DNA of 64,000 nucleotides from Bilabrum cf. latius (Eukaryota), in NCBI GenBank assembly GCA_965178125.1, contig OZ237768.1, positions 1-64,000 of the forward strand. Direction: 5' to 3'. Below, in pieces: positions 40,601-52,675 of this stretch. How positions within the stretch are numbered: position 1 is the first letter of the stretch; each line of letters starts with the position of its first letter. Position numbers and translations under genes: made by a program. The notes beneath the pieces were generated by a model, which saw only the letters and a program-made list of their open reading frames with translations, was not told the origin of the DNA and made no database searches.

Positions 40601-43600
40601 GCAGATGCACAGGTTGCATGTGGGACGCAGCCAGCACAGGCTATCAGGATCGGGAAGTGGCCCGTTGGATAGAAGTGTTGCTGCAGCTAGTAGCAACGAG
40701 CCTCTGGGGACGAAGTCGCCAGAACTGACTAGAGCTGGGGAGGCCAGCCATCCCGGGAGCACTGGCGTGACGGCGTCTGGCTCCCTGCCGATGTCGAGGC
40801 AGCTTGGGGGGCGGCGGGACGGGCATCAACAACCTTCATTTCATGACTTGGTGCCCAGAGCCGCAGGGTAGGCGGAGCGAAGGCGCAGCAGTGCGATGCA
40901 ATCTTAGCTTCTTGCAGCTGCCGTGCAGCACGTGGCACTGCCTGAGTCATGGCGCGTTCGGCCTATGTGCACGCAGAGAGCCATCCGTTTGGCCGAGTTC
41001 GTGCGGGGAATTCTGCTTGCAGCAAGTGACGCGGAAGACGGGGAGGCACCCACGGCGGCTCAGCACGTGGCAGCAGTGCTGGCGACAGCCCAAGTTGAGC
41101 GGGAAGAGGACAGGCAGGCTCGCGGGAGGGTACTCAGAGCCCGCCTCCGCAGGTAGGGCAGAGCCGCTGCACCCGAGGAAGTGGAAGCCGTGCTGCGGCA
41201 AGAGGAAGAAAAGGAGGCAGAGGCGGCTGGAGCAGTTGCAGGTGTGCAAGCCAAGTACACAAGTGTAGCTGACATGCTGAAAACGGTAGAAGCTGCAAAG
41301 AGGCGGACGAACGCCGCGCGAGCGTTGTTGATGAAGGGTGAGCTCGACTCGGACGACAGCGACCTAGCTGGCCCCGTGCTGACCAGTCACACATAGGCCG
41401 CCAACACAGTAGCTGACTACATGCCCTGGCTACAGACAGTTGCAGCTGCGGTCCTATACCCCCGCTTGCGCCGTGCACTCCGCCGGGCCCTCCGGTGGAC
41501 TCCTCCTCAGGTCAGTAGCTGCCCACCGGAAGTAATTGAGCTGTTCCAAGGCATGGAAGCAACTCATGCAGCGCTCAAAGGCGCGCCCCTGCCGCCGTCA
41601 GCCGGCGGACTGGTTCGATTGGACGCCACATTTTCTCCTTACCTGACTGGACTTATTGCCTCTCGTTCCGAGCGGAGCGTCACGTCAGTGGTGCCCACGC
41701 TGCTCCTAAAGGAGGAGGGTCGAATCGCGCCGGCTGGAGAACAACAAGGTGCGCTATACTCCTCAGCAGCCTATGCACTGTTCCGGTAGAGCGTTGCAGA
41801 GCTAGAGAGCTTTAAGAATTTGCCGCGTGGAGTGAGAGGCAACGCGGTAGTAAGGTTTGCATCCGATGTGATGGTAGAGCCGGTGCGACGGTTTGCTCAT
41901 GCTCATGCGCATCGGGCGGCCGAAGTTCTCGCAGTTGCTCATGCGTATGCTCGAAGCGATGGAAAGGACCCCCCGAGGTCTTAGATTGCAGAGCTGGGTC
42001 CGTTTGGATGCGCCGCGGAGGAGCTGCGCGCCAAGTACCCGGCAGCTGCAGCTAGGGCGGACAGCCGCAGGGCTGATTAGATCAGAGGCGAACGGGAGCT
42101 GGCCCGCCGGGCTGGGACACCCCTTCCTGTGGATCCCATGGAGCCAGACGCAAAGGGAAGGAAGGGGTGGGACCCGATGCGACTCGGCGAGCACGTGCAC
42201 CACTTCTTTGCAGATGCGAGTCGGTTGGGGGGCAAGGTCGGGAAAGCCGCTGGGGCGGAGAGGCGATCGCATGCCGAGGCACAGCGCGCCCTGCAGCGGG
42301 TGGCCGTGCATCTCAACAACGCGTACTATTGCCGGTAGTAGCTGTACTCTCTGCTGGGGGCTCTGCAGCAACTTGATGTGGTGGACCTGAAAGCAGTCAT
42401 GGTGCGGCCCACCGAGGCGGTTGATACCCGCGACATAGCACAGGATGACGCCGAGCTGAAGGCACAGGAGGCGGGTGACTCTGATGATGAGCCCACCGCC
42501 TATGGCACAGACGAGGGCGGGCAAGCAGGGGGTGCCAGCGCGAGGGCGCGCGATTCCAAAGGCACGTCTCAGACCGCGGCCGATGCTCTGAGTCCGGGTC
42601 CTACTCGCGCCAGGGACGATCTGATCGCCGGCGTGTAGAAGGCACGAGGTGATGTAGAGACCAGCGATACTGTGAGTGGGGCTGAGGCGTAGGTTAGGTC
42701 CGAGCAGGCCCGTGGCATCGAGGCTGCTGCTTTGGCGGCCTCAGACCAGAGAGCCGTGCGAGAGGTCGCTCAGATCATGGACGTCGGGGCCGTCCCACTC
42801 GAGCCACAGCCAGAGCCGGAGCTGCCTCCGCGAGGTGCAGCCTCGGGAGCGGGCCATGACCGCGGCCTGGAAGTCGTATCTGGCTCCCTGGAGGTGCTGG
42901 ATGCGAGGATCGAGGAAGCCACGCGTGCCTTGGAGGGGGGCTCTCTTGAAATCGCGGCGCTGCCGGTGAGCGCTGCCATCGGCGCCAAGTTGGAGGAAGC
43001 GGAGTAGGGACAGATTGGAGCAGGGGACGAAACGCCAGGGACGTTTGGAACCGAGGATGGTGATGGAAACAGCTCTGGCTTGGGAAGCGAGATCGGTAGC
43101 GTGCAGAGCGCGACGAGAGCGGAGCGACAAGTTCTGCGAGAGCTGGAGCTGCTATCGGTCGACGTGAGCATTCAACGAGGGGTGAACCTCGCGCAGATGG
43201 ACCGCTGGAGTGCCTCTAACGTGTTCGTGGTATCGCACGTAGCTGCGTCTCGGCGGGAGCTGCAGGCGCTGCTGACGCATCATGAGACCACAAACACGCA
43301 GCGACCCGAGTCTCAGGCCAGCCCCATCCTCAATCATAGCTTCAGCACGGCGGTGCCCTCAAACAGGGCATGGCTGCGGCTGGAGGCCTACGACTGGGAC
43401 GAGAGCAGCCTGCAGCCGAACAGGTTCGGTGTTTCCCCGGACGATGACTTTATTGGTTCGGTGACAGTGCCTCTGCGCGTGCTGGCAGGGGCTGGGCCGC
43501 ACCGCTTCAGGGCGCACGTGCGTCGTCCAGGTGGTCCCCAGGCGTGGGGTGTGCAGGATGGACTCATGGTGCCAGAGACCGACCTAGTGCGGGAGGCAGT

Positions 43601-44684
43601 GGGCGGTGCCGATCGCCCCGGGGGCGCAGACGGCAGGTCCATGCGCTCTGTAGACGTGAAGGATTGGATGTCGGTCGCCAAGCGCGTGGCGAGAGAGGCC
43701 CCTGACAGGATAGGGGGCATCATGGCCGCCCTCACGCCCGCTCAGAGGCAGGTTCTGGATGTAGTAGCCGGCTCCAAGGCAGACCTGCTGAGGGCAGCAG
43801 CTGCAGCGGACGCCCGCAGATCTGCATGGATGGCTGGACTCGCCGCTCCCACTGCGCGCCGCGGTGCCAGCGGCGATGGCAAGCCTCTACAGACCTACGG
43901 AGCCCTCGAGTTCCAGGTGGAAGTGCAGAGGGAGCCGCTGGGGGAGCATGCGGTGGACGGGGTCGGCGTGGAGCTGAAGAAAGCCATGCTGCAGGTGGCC
44001 CGAAGCGTGCACAACTCAGTGCGCGAGAAGCTGGAGGAGACTGTGTGCGGGGCCAAGGCAGACGCGAGCCCCAAGGAGCTGCTGCTGCGGGCGATTCCGC
44101 TCATCGTGCACTACAGGGACCGCATCCCCGTCTTGCTGCAGCACCTGCAGCCCGCACTGCGGCTGCACTTGCTTCGGCTGCTGTGGCGGGCTCTTGTGAT
44201 TGAGCTGACAAACCTGCTGTTGCCCACGCTCTGCTGGGACGAGCCTGTGACGCTGCCGACGGCCAAAGCGCCACCCCGCGGAGTGCGGGCGACCTTGCAC
44301 TCGAGTGGTGCCCTCTTCTGGTACAGTGAGAGCAAAGAGACCCAGTGGCTGGCGCCGCATGAAGTGAACCTGCTGTCCGGGCTGCTCTCTCACTTGAGCC
44401 AGGTCTTCGAGCGACTGGGCCTGCTGCACCGGGTGCTGAGGAGAGAGGCAAGGCCGATTGTAAAGCTGTTGCAGCTGTGGGTGATGCCCAATGAGGCGCT
44501 AGTCAAGAAAGCTACCCAATTCTTCATCAAAGCGAGGCAGGCCAGCAAGCCTCTTGACGGATGGAGGCACCCCTTCCACGAGCTGGGGTTCCCGCATGTG
44601 CGGGCTGTGCTGGCCTCTAGGGCCGAGCAGTCAGGTGATGCTGACGCAGCCGATCTTATCGAGACGATAGACTCGTATGAGTGA
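34616..44684 (+). CDS. Munc13/MUN-like protein with C2 domain(s), about 3310 aa, about 29 in-frame TAG
   Basis: ATG 34616, phase-0 intron 34748-34880 (GTGAG...AAGCAG), then a 9.8-kb single frame to TGA 44684 broken only by TAG. C2 domain: VDVSIQRGVNLAQMDRWSASNVFV...LRLEAYDWD...DDFIGSVTVPL. MUN/MHD-like segments: LYSSAAYALFR*, VHLNNAYYCR**L, LLRLLWRALVIELTNLLLP. The family call is from recall. Confidence 0.75.
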
Positions 44685-44807
44685 GTAAGAATAGACCATT
44701 GATTCAACTAGATTTGGATTGGGCTTAGGGCGATGTGTTGTACCAAACCACACGCAACTCGAAACACAAATGCGATATTCTCTGCCAAGCACTACTATCC
44801 AGCCAGC

Positions 44808-46334
44808 ATGGCGTCTCAGCCGTGGCAAGCTGTTTCCGCTTAGCAGGTCATTGGAATATTGCACCGATTGCGTGATGGAGCGAGTGATGTATCTCTTGTT
44901 GACTCCGCTGTCGACCAAATCGCGTGAGTTCTCCAGGTTGGCCACGTGTACGGTTGACCCTTTGTTGCAGGATCTTTGGGGGGCCCGGGACTTGATGGGA
45001 ACTGATTTGGCAAGAGTTTCAATATTCATCGCAGGGCCGCGTTTGGTATCGAGGCAGGCAGTATCGAGGCAGCTGCTGGTGATACTGCTGTTGTGTCGTT
45101 GAAGGATCTGAAAGAAGTGAAGGGTGTCGAAGACGACCCAAAATTTAAGCTGTTCCTGGAAAAAGCAACTGAGAGAGGGTACTTTGGGGGGCATGCCGTC
45201 GGGTCACCGGAGCATGCACGCAAAAGAGCTCAACTTGAGGTGAAGTATAGGGAGCGATTCGGCCTACCAGTTGCTGATAGTCTGCGCCAAGCTGCCGCAG
45301 CTGAAGAGCAGAAACCAGCAGTAGCTGCTGGAGCTAAAGAAGCTGCCGTGGGTGGTGGTAGTGGTGGAAACCCGGGGGGCGAGCGATTCGAGCCATCCAC
45401 CGAGGCGGCTGCACAGGCCGAGGCTGCCAAAGCAGAGGGCACTGCAGCTCTCAAGGCAAAGGACTACGATGCGGCGGCCCGGGGGTACGGCAAGGCTGTT
45501 ATTGCCCTGTGTCCTCCTAGCGAGGCTCCCAGCGATCCTATGGACGAGGTGAGCGAGGCCCTCGCCGGCAAGCTGCCCAAAGCCGCTGCGGTGATGCTGT
45601 GCAATCGGTGCGCCGCGCAGCAGCGCAGGAACGACCTCGTTTCGGCGGAGGCAGACGCGCGCGCTGCAGTCGCCTGTGACGGCGGTTGGTTCAAGACACA
45701 CCTGCGGCTCGGCGAGGTGCTCAAGTCCCTGGGCCAGGTGGAGGAGGCGAGGGTCTCGTTGCAAAAGTGCCTGGAGATCGAGCCGGGGCAGAAGTCGGCG
45801 GAGAGGCTGCTTGGGGCCATCGACAGGGCGTCAGCGGGAGTGGGCCTTGGGGGAGATAGCGCGCTAGCGGGAGGGGGCATGCCCGGTGGGATGCCAGGTG
45901 GGATGCCCGGTGGGATGCCTCCGGGAATGCCCCCGGGAATGCCTCCGGGATTGGCTGGCATGATGTCCAACCCGGCGATGCAGCAGGCGGCCGCGCAGAT
46001 GATGCAGAACCCTGCCATGCAGCAGATGGCCCAGAACTTGATGTCTGACCCAGCCGCCATGAGTCGAATAAGCCAGATGATGGGCGGAGGGGCCATGCCC
46101 GATTTCGCGCAGCAGGCCGCCTCGGCTGGCGCTGACCAGTCTGGCTTGCTGGAGCGCATGCGGGGCAACCCTGCGGTGCAGGAGATGATGGAGGACCCAG
46201 AGGTGCGCGAGGCGGTGGAAAAAGCCAGGGCTGAAGGCCCTGCCGGTATGGCCGCGCTGATGACCTCGCAAGTGGGACAGCGTCTGATGGCTGCCATGTC
46301 TGGTGCAGCCATGCAGGCGGGTGGTGCTTCGTGA
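44808..46334 (+). CDS. SGT/SGTA-like co-chaperone (N-terminal dimerisation domain, TPR, STI1/DP repeats), about 471 aa, 1 in-frame TAG
   Basis: Exon 1 44808-44923 (MASQPWQAVSA*QVIGILHRL...SAVDQI), phase-2 intron 44924-45034, then AAFGIE, together resembling the SGTA N-domain. TPR: AEAAKAEGTAALKAKDYDAAARGYGKA...NRCAAQ...WFKTHLRLG. GGMP repeats and STI1 motifs MMSNPAMQQ, MMQNPAMQQMAQ, MMEDPEVRE. Ends TGA. Confidence 0.85.
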
Positions 46335-46518
46335 GACTGGACAAGGATTTCGGATGCACATGAGACTCTTCAATGCAGAAGCCTTTGCTCAACAGGGAAT
46401 CCATCCAACCAGGTATTCATGTTTCCAGATTGTGGATTCGTTGCTCCGGCCACCGGTTCGGGTGCTGGCGCTACCCTTGGATCGACTGCGACAGCCCTGC
46501 AGCCAGGCCCACACCAAG

Positions 46519-49320
46519 TTATGGGTGAATAATGTCATTCCACACCTCTACCACCACGTGCACTTCGTTGCCCCCGTCGTGCACCACCTGCAATCCCCTC
46601 GGCTCCCCTGGCATGAGGGTCACATAGTTGTCGCTCCAGTACGAGACCAAGTCCGGCTCCCCATCTCCCACCTGCTCCTCGCCATCACTACCACTAGCTG
46701 GGCCCGGACGAAGCCTGAGCCGCACGAAGAATGCGAGCACACGGGGGCTCGTGTTCTGCACCTGCACGTCCGAGATGCACCGGCCCAGAGCCTGGATCCC
46801 TTGCTGCTGCACGGCAAGCCCGCTGCCGGTAGGTTGGCACTTGGTCGAGGTGATGCTGGCGTGCAGCGAGTTTTTCACGGAAGGCATGCGCTGCAGGGCC
46901 GAGAAGTCAGCCAACACCGAGCAGTTGCACCTGTAGAAGTTGCACTGCTCGAAGTCCACTTGGTCCTGCTGTTCCCCTAGCCAGTAGTGGTTCACAGCCA
47001 CAGGGTTACCGAGCTGGGATGCCCGCCGCAGCTCCAGCCGCAGAAAAGTGACCCCACCCGAGCTGATTGCAGCACGACTTACCTCTTCCTGGGGGATCAT
47101 CAGCACGTCCACCACTCCATCAGCTGGCACGGACCCTCCAGTCAGGTTGCGGTCTAGCCTCCAGTGCGCGTGCCCGTCGGGACCGAGCAGCAGGGCCATA
47201 ACAAAGAGCGGGTCGCTCGAGTTGCCGCTCGGCTCGTACATTGAATTCACAACTCGCACTTGACCGCTGACCGGGTCGTACTGCGGGTGGAGCGGCTCCA
47301 AAGCCCGCTGGACCCCAAAGTATGCCCCGCCAGTGTTGAGGTACTGGTCGTACAGGTGCCAGATGTGCTGCGGGAGGGCGTTATTCAACATCCACTGGAT
47401 TACCCCAGTGGCATTCCTGTACTTGAACGCGCCGTACGACTCGAACATCGCCCGGTGGCTCTCGTAGGCAGCCGCCTGCGACCGCAGGAGGAACCCCGGC
47501 GCGTCTTCTGCCTTGCCGTACCTCTGCTCCAGGGGCCCCAGGAAGAACCGGAGGCTGCGGAACAGACCGTGCTGGTTGCCGCAGTGGAAGTCCCACACCT
47601 CGGAGGAGGCCCCCTCCGCCCCCCACAGCTGGTCAGCGGGCACAGTCCTGGCCCAGCTCTCGAGGGCCATGGGGCTGGCACCCGGGCTAATCTCAGTCGA
47701 GAACCCCGACGCTCCCCCGAGGGGCCCAAAGGACCGCGGATCCGTCCAGTAGCTCGGGGGTACCCACGCGTATGGGCCATTCATCTTCACCCCCGACGGA
47801 CCAGAGAGAGGCGAGTCCACAGCGGAGGCAGCCGGCAGCGTGGGCAGATCCCAAGCCGCCTCGAGGGCCTGCCGCGCATACGCCGCCTCCACCTCCTCGG
47901 GGGGCAGTTCGTCGCTCGAGAGCAAAAAGGCCAGGGAGCTGGGGTGCTGCCGGAACCGCAGCAGCTGGGCTCGCACGCTTGCATTGGCCACTGCCCTCTG
48001 CTCGGCCCCCCACAGCTTCCAGTTCTGCCAAGCATCGCAGCAGCACAGCCCAGGGAGGGCCAGCAGCCCCCACTGGTCCATGCGCTGATATAGGTCCTCG
48101 TCCTCGAACTTCCCCTCGAACCGAATGGCGTTGAGCCCCAGGGCCCGCACGTGCCTCAGCTGGGCCTCATTGCGCTCTGGGTCGTGTCTCTGCAGCAGGT
48201 CCGGTGCCCAGCCCCCACCGCGCACCAGGAGAGGCCGGCCGTTCACACGGAAGAGGCGGCCCCCACCGTGATCATCCAGTTCCGAGCTTGCCTCCCGCAG
48301 ACCCACCATAGCTGATGCGCTGAATGCAGCCTGCTGCTGGTGGTCGGCCCGGAACGCAACTGTCAGGTTGTGCAGCGGCTGTGCACCCATCTGCCACGGC
48401 CACCACAGCAGGCCCCGCGCCGATGCATCTCGCATAGCAAGCCCATCGCACTGCTTTGCACCCACCGTCACGACCAACCTCCCATAGGCCCGCCCCTCTG
48501 GCCCTGCCCCTGGCGCAATGCCGCCCGCGGGAGCCCCTTTCACTAGCACTGCTCCGACAGTGCAGTGCACGTCTTCTCCCAAGGTTATCGTAATGCTGCC
48601 GTTGATGGGAGCATTGTGGAAGTTTCTTAGCTCTGCGGATACAGTGATGTCCGCAACGTCATTTGTGGCGTTGAAATTGGTGCTCGCGGCGGGGTGGCGC
48701 ACCGCCACTGGAGCTCCGGGGTCCAGTGGATCCAGCTCCACGGCACGCCACAGGCCGGCATTCCCATCGGGTGGGTCAACGGACCAATCTACAACGTCAA
48801 TCGCGAGGTCTGTTGCATTTCTAGTCCAAAAGACATCGTGTGGCCGCTGCACGAGAACGGCAACGCACGACTGGCCTAGGCCTAGACCAGAGCCCCGACT
48901 TCCAGCGAATTCGAAGTCCCGAAAGGTTCCAACAACACTGCGGTTATCAGCCACATGAGCTCCGTCTATCCATACATCAGCACGATAGTTAATTCCAAGG
49001 AAACGCAGCGTGTATGCGCTTGCAGGCGCATCGAAGCAGCTGCGCCACCAGAATGCAGGATCAAAAGCTGCTGAATCGACCTAGAGCAACGTCGTGTTGT
49101 AGTACAAGTTCGTTGGCACGATTCTATTTTCCCTAAGTACCTCTAGCGCAGTTGAGGGTACTGTGGCATTCCACCACGATGAATCATCGAACGACAGCAA
49201 GGATATTGTCGCTCCAGACCCTATCACGGAGTCAGATGACGCTACTTTCCACGATGTCAGTCGATATGCACTCACTATTGCATCAAATGCCAGCGAAATC
49301 GCGATAATTCGTCGCAACAT
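46519..49320 (-). CDS. Secreted GH2 exo-beta-D-glucosaminidase (CsxA-like), about 933 aa, 1 in-frame TAG
   Basis: Signal peptide MLRRIIAISLAFDAIVSA from ATG 49320. TAG at 49081 joins the N-terminal ORF to FLGINYRADVWIDG and the 811-aa ORF. Motifs: LWWPWQMGAQPLH, NGRPLLVRGGGW, GLNAIRFEGK, CCCDAW, FLLSSDE (acid/base Asp), GVKMNGPYAWVPP, FSTEISPG (nucleophile Glu), TGVIQWMLN. Ends TAA. Confidence 0.92.
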
Positions 49321-49485
49321 CGTGTGTATGGTGGATGAAAAGCATGGCAGCAACTTTATATCGGAGTTTGTACGGTGTGATTCGGTGGAGAGAGCCGGCA
49401 AAAACCTATCGCTGGCATTAACGCAACAGCGCGATTTTGTGGCTGCAAATCAGAGGAATTTATTGAAAACACGGTACATGGGCCC

Positions 49486-52400
49486 ATGAAGCATCCTGAT
49501 CGCTGTCTAAGGGTGATTCGTGCCGACTCTGCCAAAGACTCCGTACATGCATGGTCATCACCAGAGGAAGCAGCATTTCTGCTGACCCCACGGAACGCCA
49601 GAGCCTAGCCGTTTGCTTACCCGCGCGGTAGCTCTGTGATTGGAGCTCGTGGCAATGGTAATACCAATGTGAAGGTTGGCACCGCGGTAGCTCCAGTGGA
49701 TGGCGCTGCAGGCCCATAGGACGGTGCGGCGGACGAGATTGTGGTGCATCCCAAGGTAGAGATAGCTGTAAATCAGAGTGTATCCAGCGCCTCGGCCCGT
49801 CTTGAGTTACTGGCGCCGAGGCTTGCATGGATGTTGCCGCGGTCCGAAAAGAGCTAGCAGCAGCTGCAGTACCGCAAGAAGCGTGGCGCACCTATTTCTG
49901 GTGGGTGTGCGTGCATTTCTAGACCGATGTTTGTGGCCCTTTGGACTCGGTTGCTGCTTCCCTGGGTGCTCGTGCTCGTTGCCATGCTGCTGCTGCACGC
50001 TGCCAAGTGGCCATGGATTGTCTGGGCCTGGCGCGTGGGAATTAAGGGCACCAGCAGAGCGGAGGCAGACCGACTGTGGGAATCTGTCGTGTTCGCAGGG
50101 GACAGGGACGCTGGCGCCGCCGAGCGAACCCTGCTTGGGCCCCAGCTGGAGCTGCTCTGCGTGGCACTGCAGTTCGCACTCGTCACAGGGCTCACGTGGG
50201 CCATGACGGAGGCGCACGCCAGCGACCCCGGGATCGTGCCTCCCGCGGTCACCCGACGAGCAGTGGCCCTGGCTCTGCTGGCGGAAGCCCCTGCCCCCGG
50301 GCTGCGCATGGCCAGGCTCCGGTCCCAGGGGGCAAGGGGCTCCGAGGAGGGTCCCTGGCAGGAGGCGGGGGCCGTGCCGCTGGGGCCGCTGGGGGAGGGG
50401 GAGCTGCTGGGGGCGGCGGTGGCGCGGCTGGGGAGGGCAGGGAGAGCTCAGGGGGACTCGGGCAAATCGGTGGCTTAGGCAGTGGGCTCTGCGCAGTCGT
50501 TGCAGCTGGCGGTGACTCGTGAATCGGTCCGTGCAGGGATGCAGCCGTGGGACCCTCGCTGGCTGGAGGTGAAGAAGTGGGGCCGGCGCATCGGGACCGT
50601 GAGGGTGTGCGGGTACTCTGACCCCGTGGCCTGGTCGCATCCTGCAGTGCGATGCACCCATGCCGGTGCACAACCAGGGAAGGGTGCAGCTGGAGGTGCG
50701 GGCCTGGCAGCGGCAGAAGCTCGTGCTGCAGCTCTGCAGCAGGACCCCGTGCCCCTCGGGGTGCGGGCCCGGCTAGTGGAGGAGGGCGAGGACGAGAAAG
50801 CTCCTCAGGGCGGGGCACATGCAGACACGCGGTTGGTGTCAACAGCAGCGGTTGCAGGCTCTCGCGATCTGATGCACCCGCTGGAGCCGCACCTGGACGG
50901 CCAGGTGGCGGGCTCCTTCGTGCCGGGGCACAGGGGAGCCAAGGCATTCGTGGGGGGGCGTGGGACCGTGCAGCCGGTGAAATCAGATTCAGCGCATTAC
51001 TGCGAGCACTCGGGGCGAGTCATCTCAGGCATGGACCACTTCTGCCCGTGGCTGGGCGCCAACATCGGGGAGGGCAACCGCAGGGTCTTCCTCGTCCTCC
51101 TGTCCCTGGCTGCGAGCTCCATGGCAGTGCTCGTGCTGCAGTCCGCCTCGATTGCGGCGGGGGCCGTCACTGGGCTGCGATAGGCCGTGGCGGCCGGCCC
51201 TTGGCTGATCGCGGCTGCCACATGCGCGGGGCTGGGCATGGGCGTGGGATCTTTCGCTGTGCACCACTGGCTGCTAGCCTGCCGCGGGCTGACCACGGTC
51301 GAGTACGTGGAGAAGAGGGTGGCGGGGACCCAGTGGTCGAGGGCGGCTGCTTGGGAGATGCGCCCGGGGCAGCTGCGCGAGGAGGAAGACAGCACACCGG
51401 GGAACAAGGACGAGGACGAGGTGCCACCCAGTGCTGCGGCGGAGGCGGGCAGGGGCACGGGGGGCACTGGGGTGCGCGTCCCGCCGTCTCTGCGCTTGGA
51501 GCGGGAGGACTGCGACTTGCGGCTGGCCTCGAGGGCAGCCACGGGGACCGGCACGGCGCGCGCCATGGCTCTCCTGCAGCGGCAGAGGACCAGCGAGGAA
51601 GACGCGAAGAATGCGTTCAGCTCGGTGCCTATGAGGCTGGCGCGGCAGGCGTGGGCAGAGGTTCAGCCCGCCCTGGCACCAGCGGCATCGCTGTCAGGGG
51701 GCACTGCAACGAGCTCGGATCCTGCGGGTAGTAGCGGTACTGAAGGTGAGGAGGAGGATGACGCGGCGGCGCCTGGGGCCTGTGATTCGGTCTTGAGGGC
51801 CAGCACGTGCGGTGCCTGCGGCTCCAGCGACGCGTACTTGGGCGAGGGGCCGTGGGCGGCAGGAAGGGATGCGAGTGCTCTGCTGGCGCCGGGAGCCCCT
51901 GCCTATGGAGATCCGGACTCGCAGGGAGCTGGCATGGTGATGCGGCCAGATGCACGTGGTGGGGCGGAGCAAGGGGGTGATTCTACCGAGTCTGAGGATG
52001 GAGACAGGCTAGGCCATCGGGCGCGCATGTCGTGGGCCCGTGTGGGACCCGGGGCTTACAGCAGGGGCTGCCTCGCGTGGGTGCTGGTTCTGTGTCCCTT
52101 CCGGTGCCTGAGGTCCCAGGCCTGGGCCAGGGCAGGCTCCTCCCCCGCCCCCGCCTCTCGGAGGGCGAGGGAATTCCGGGCGGCTCAGCTGCTGCACCGT
52201 TTCCCTGCCCACTGGCTGCACGTCAGCGAGCGGGACCCCCTGCAGGTCCCTTTGCATCGGGATCGCGCGAGTCTGGTCGCTGCTGCAGAGCTGAGGACAG
52301 ACATGTGGATCAGATCGTAGGACAGGAGGATGGCCGCGACAGGGGGCAAGCAACTTTTACACCCAGGAGAGGGACCAGCGGCTGCTGCTACGAAGGGCAG

Positions 52401-52524
52401 CCAGGACGAGGCGGTGGCCAAGGCGAGTCAGGAGGCTGCGTCGGGATCGGGATCGGAATCGGGATCGGGATCGGTGGGGATTTCGCGCGGCGGGCGCGGC
52501 GAGGCAGGGCTCGCGTTGGGGTGA
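49486..52524 (+). CDS. DHHC-family palmitoyltransferase-like protein (DHFC variant), about 1012 aa, 6 in-frame TAG
   Basis: A single frame from ATG 49486 to TGA 52524 through TAG. Transmembrane helices, SDPGIVP, AHYCEHSGRVISGMDHFCPWLGANIGEGNRRVF, then TM3/TM4 and GLTTVE (TTxE). The TAG at 51181 lies between TM3 and TM4 within the conserved domain. Confidence 0.85.
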
Positions 52525-52675
52525 ATCTCATCGTAATTGAGTTGTGAGCCCAGCCGGATCTGCACTTTGTCCAGAAAGAACTAAAAGCAAGGTATCCAAA
52601 TCAAACACGGATTGACATGCATGCCAAACGCCCAGACCCGCGTATCCTATGGATCAGATATCACGGATCTTTGGA

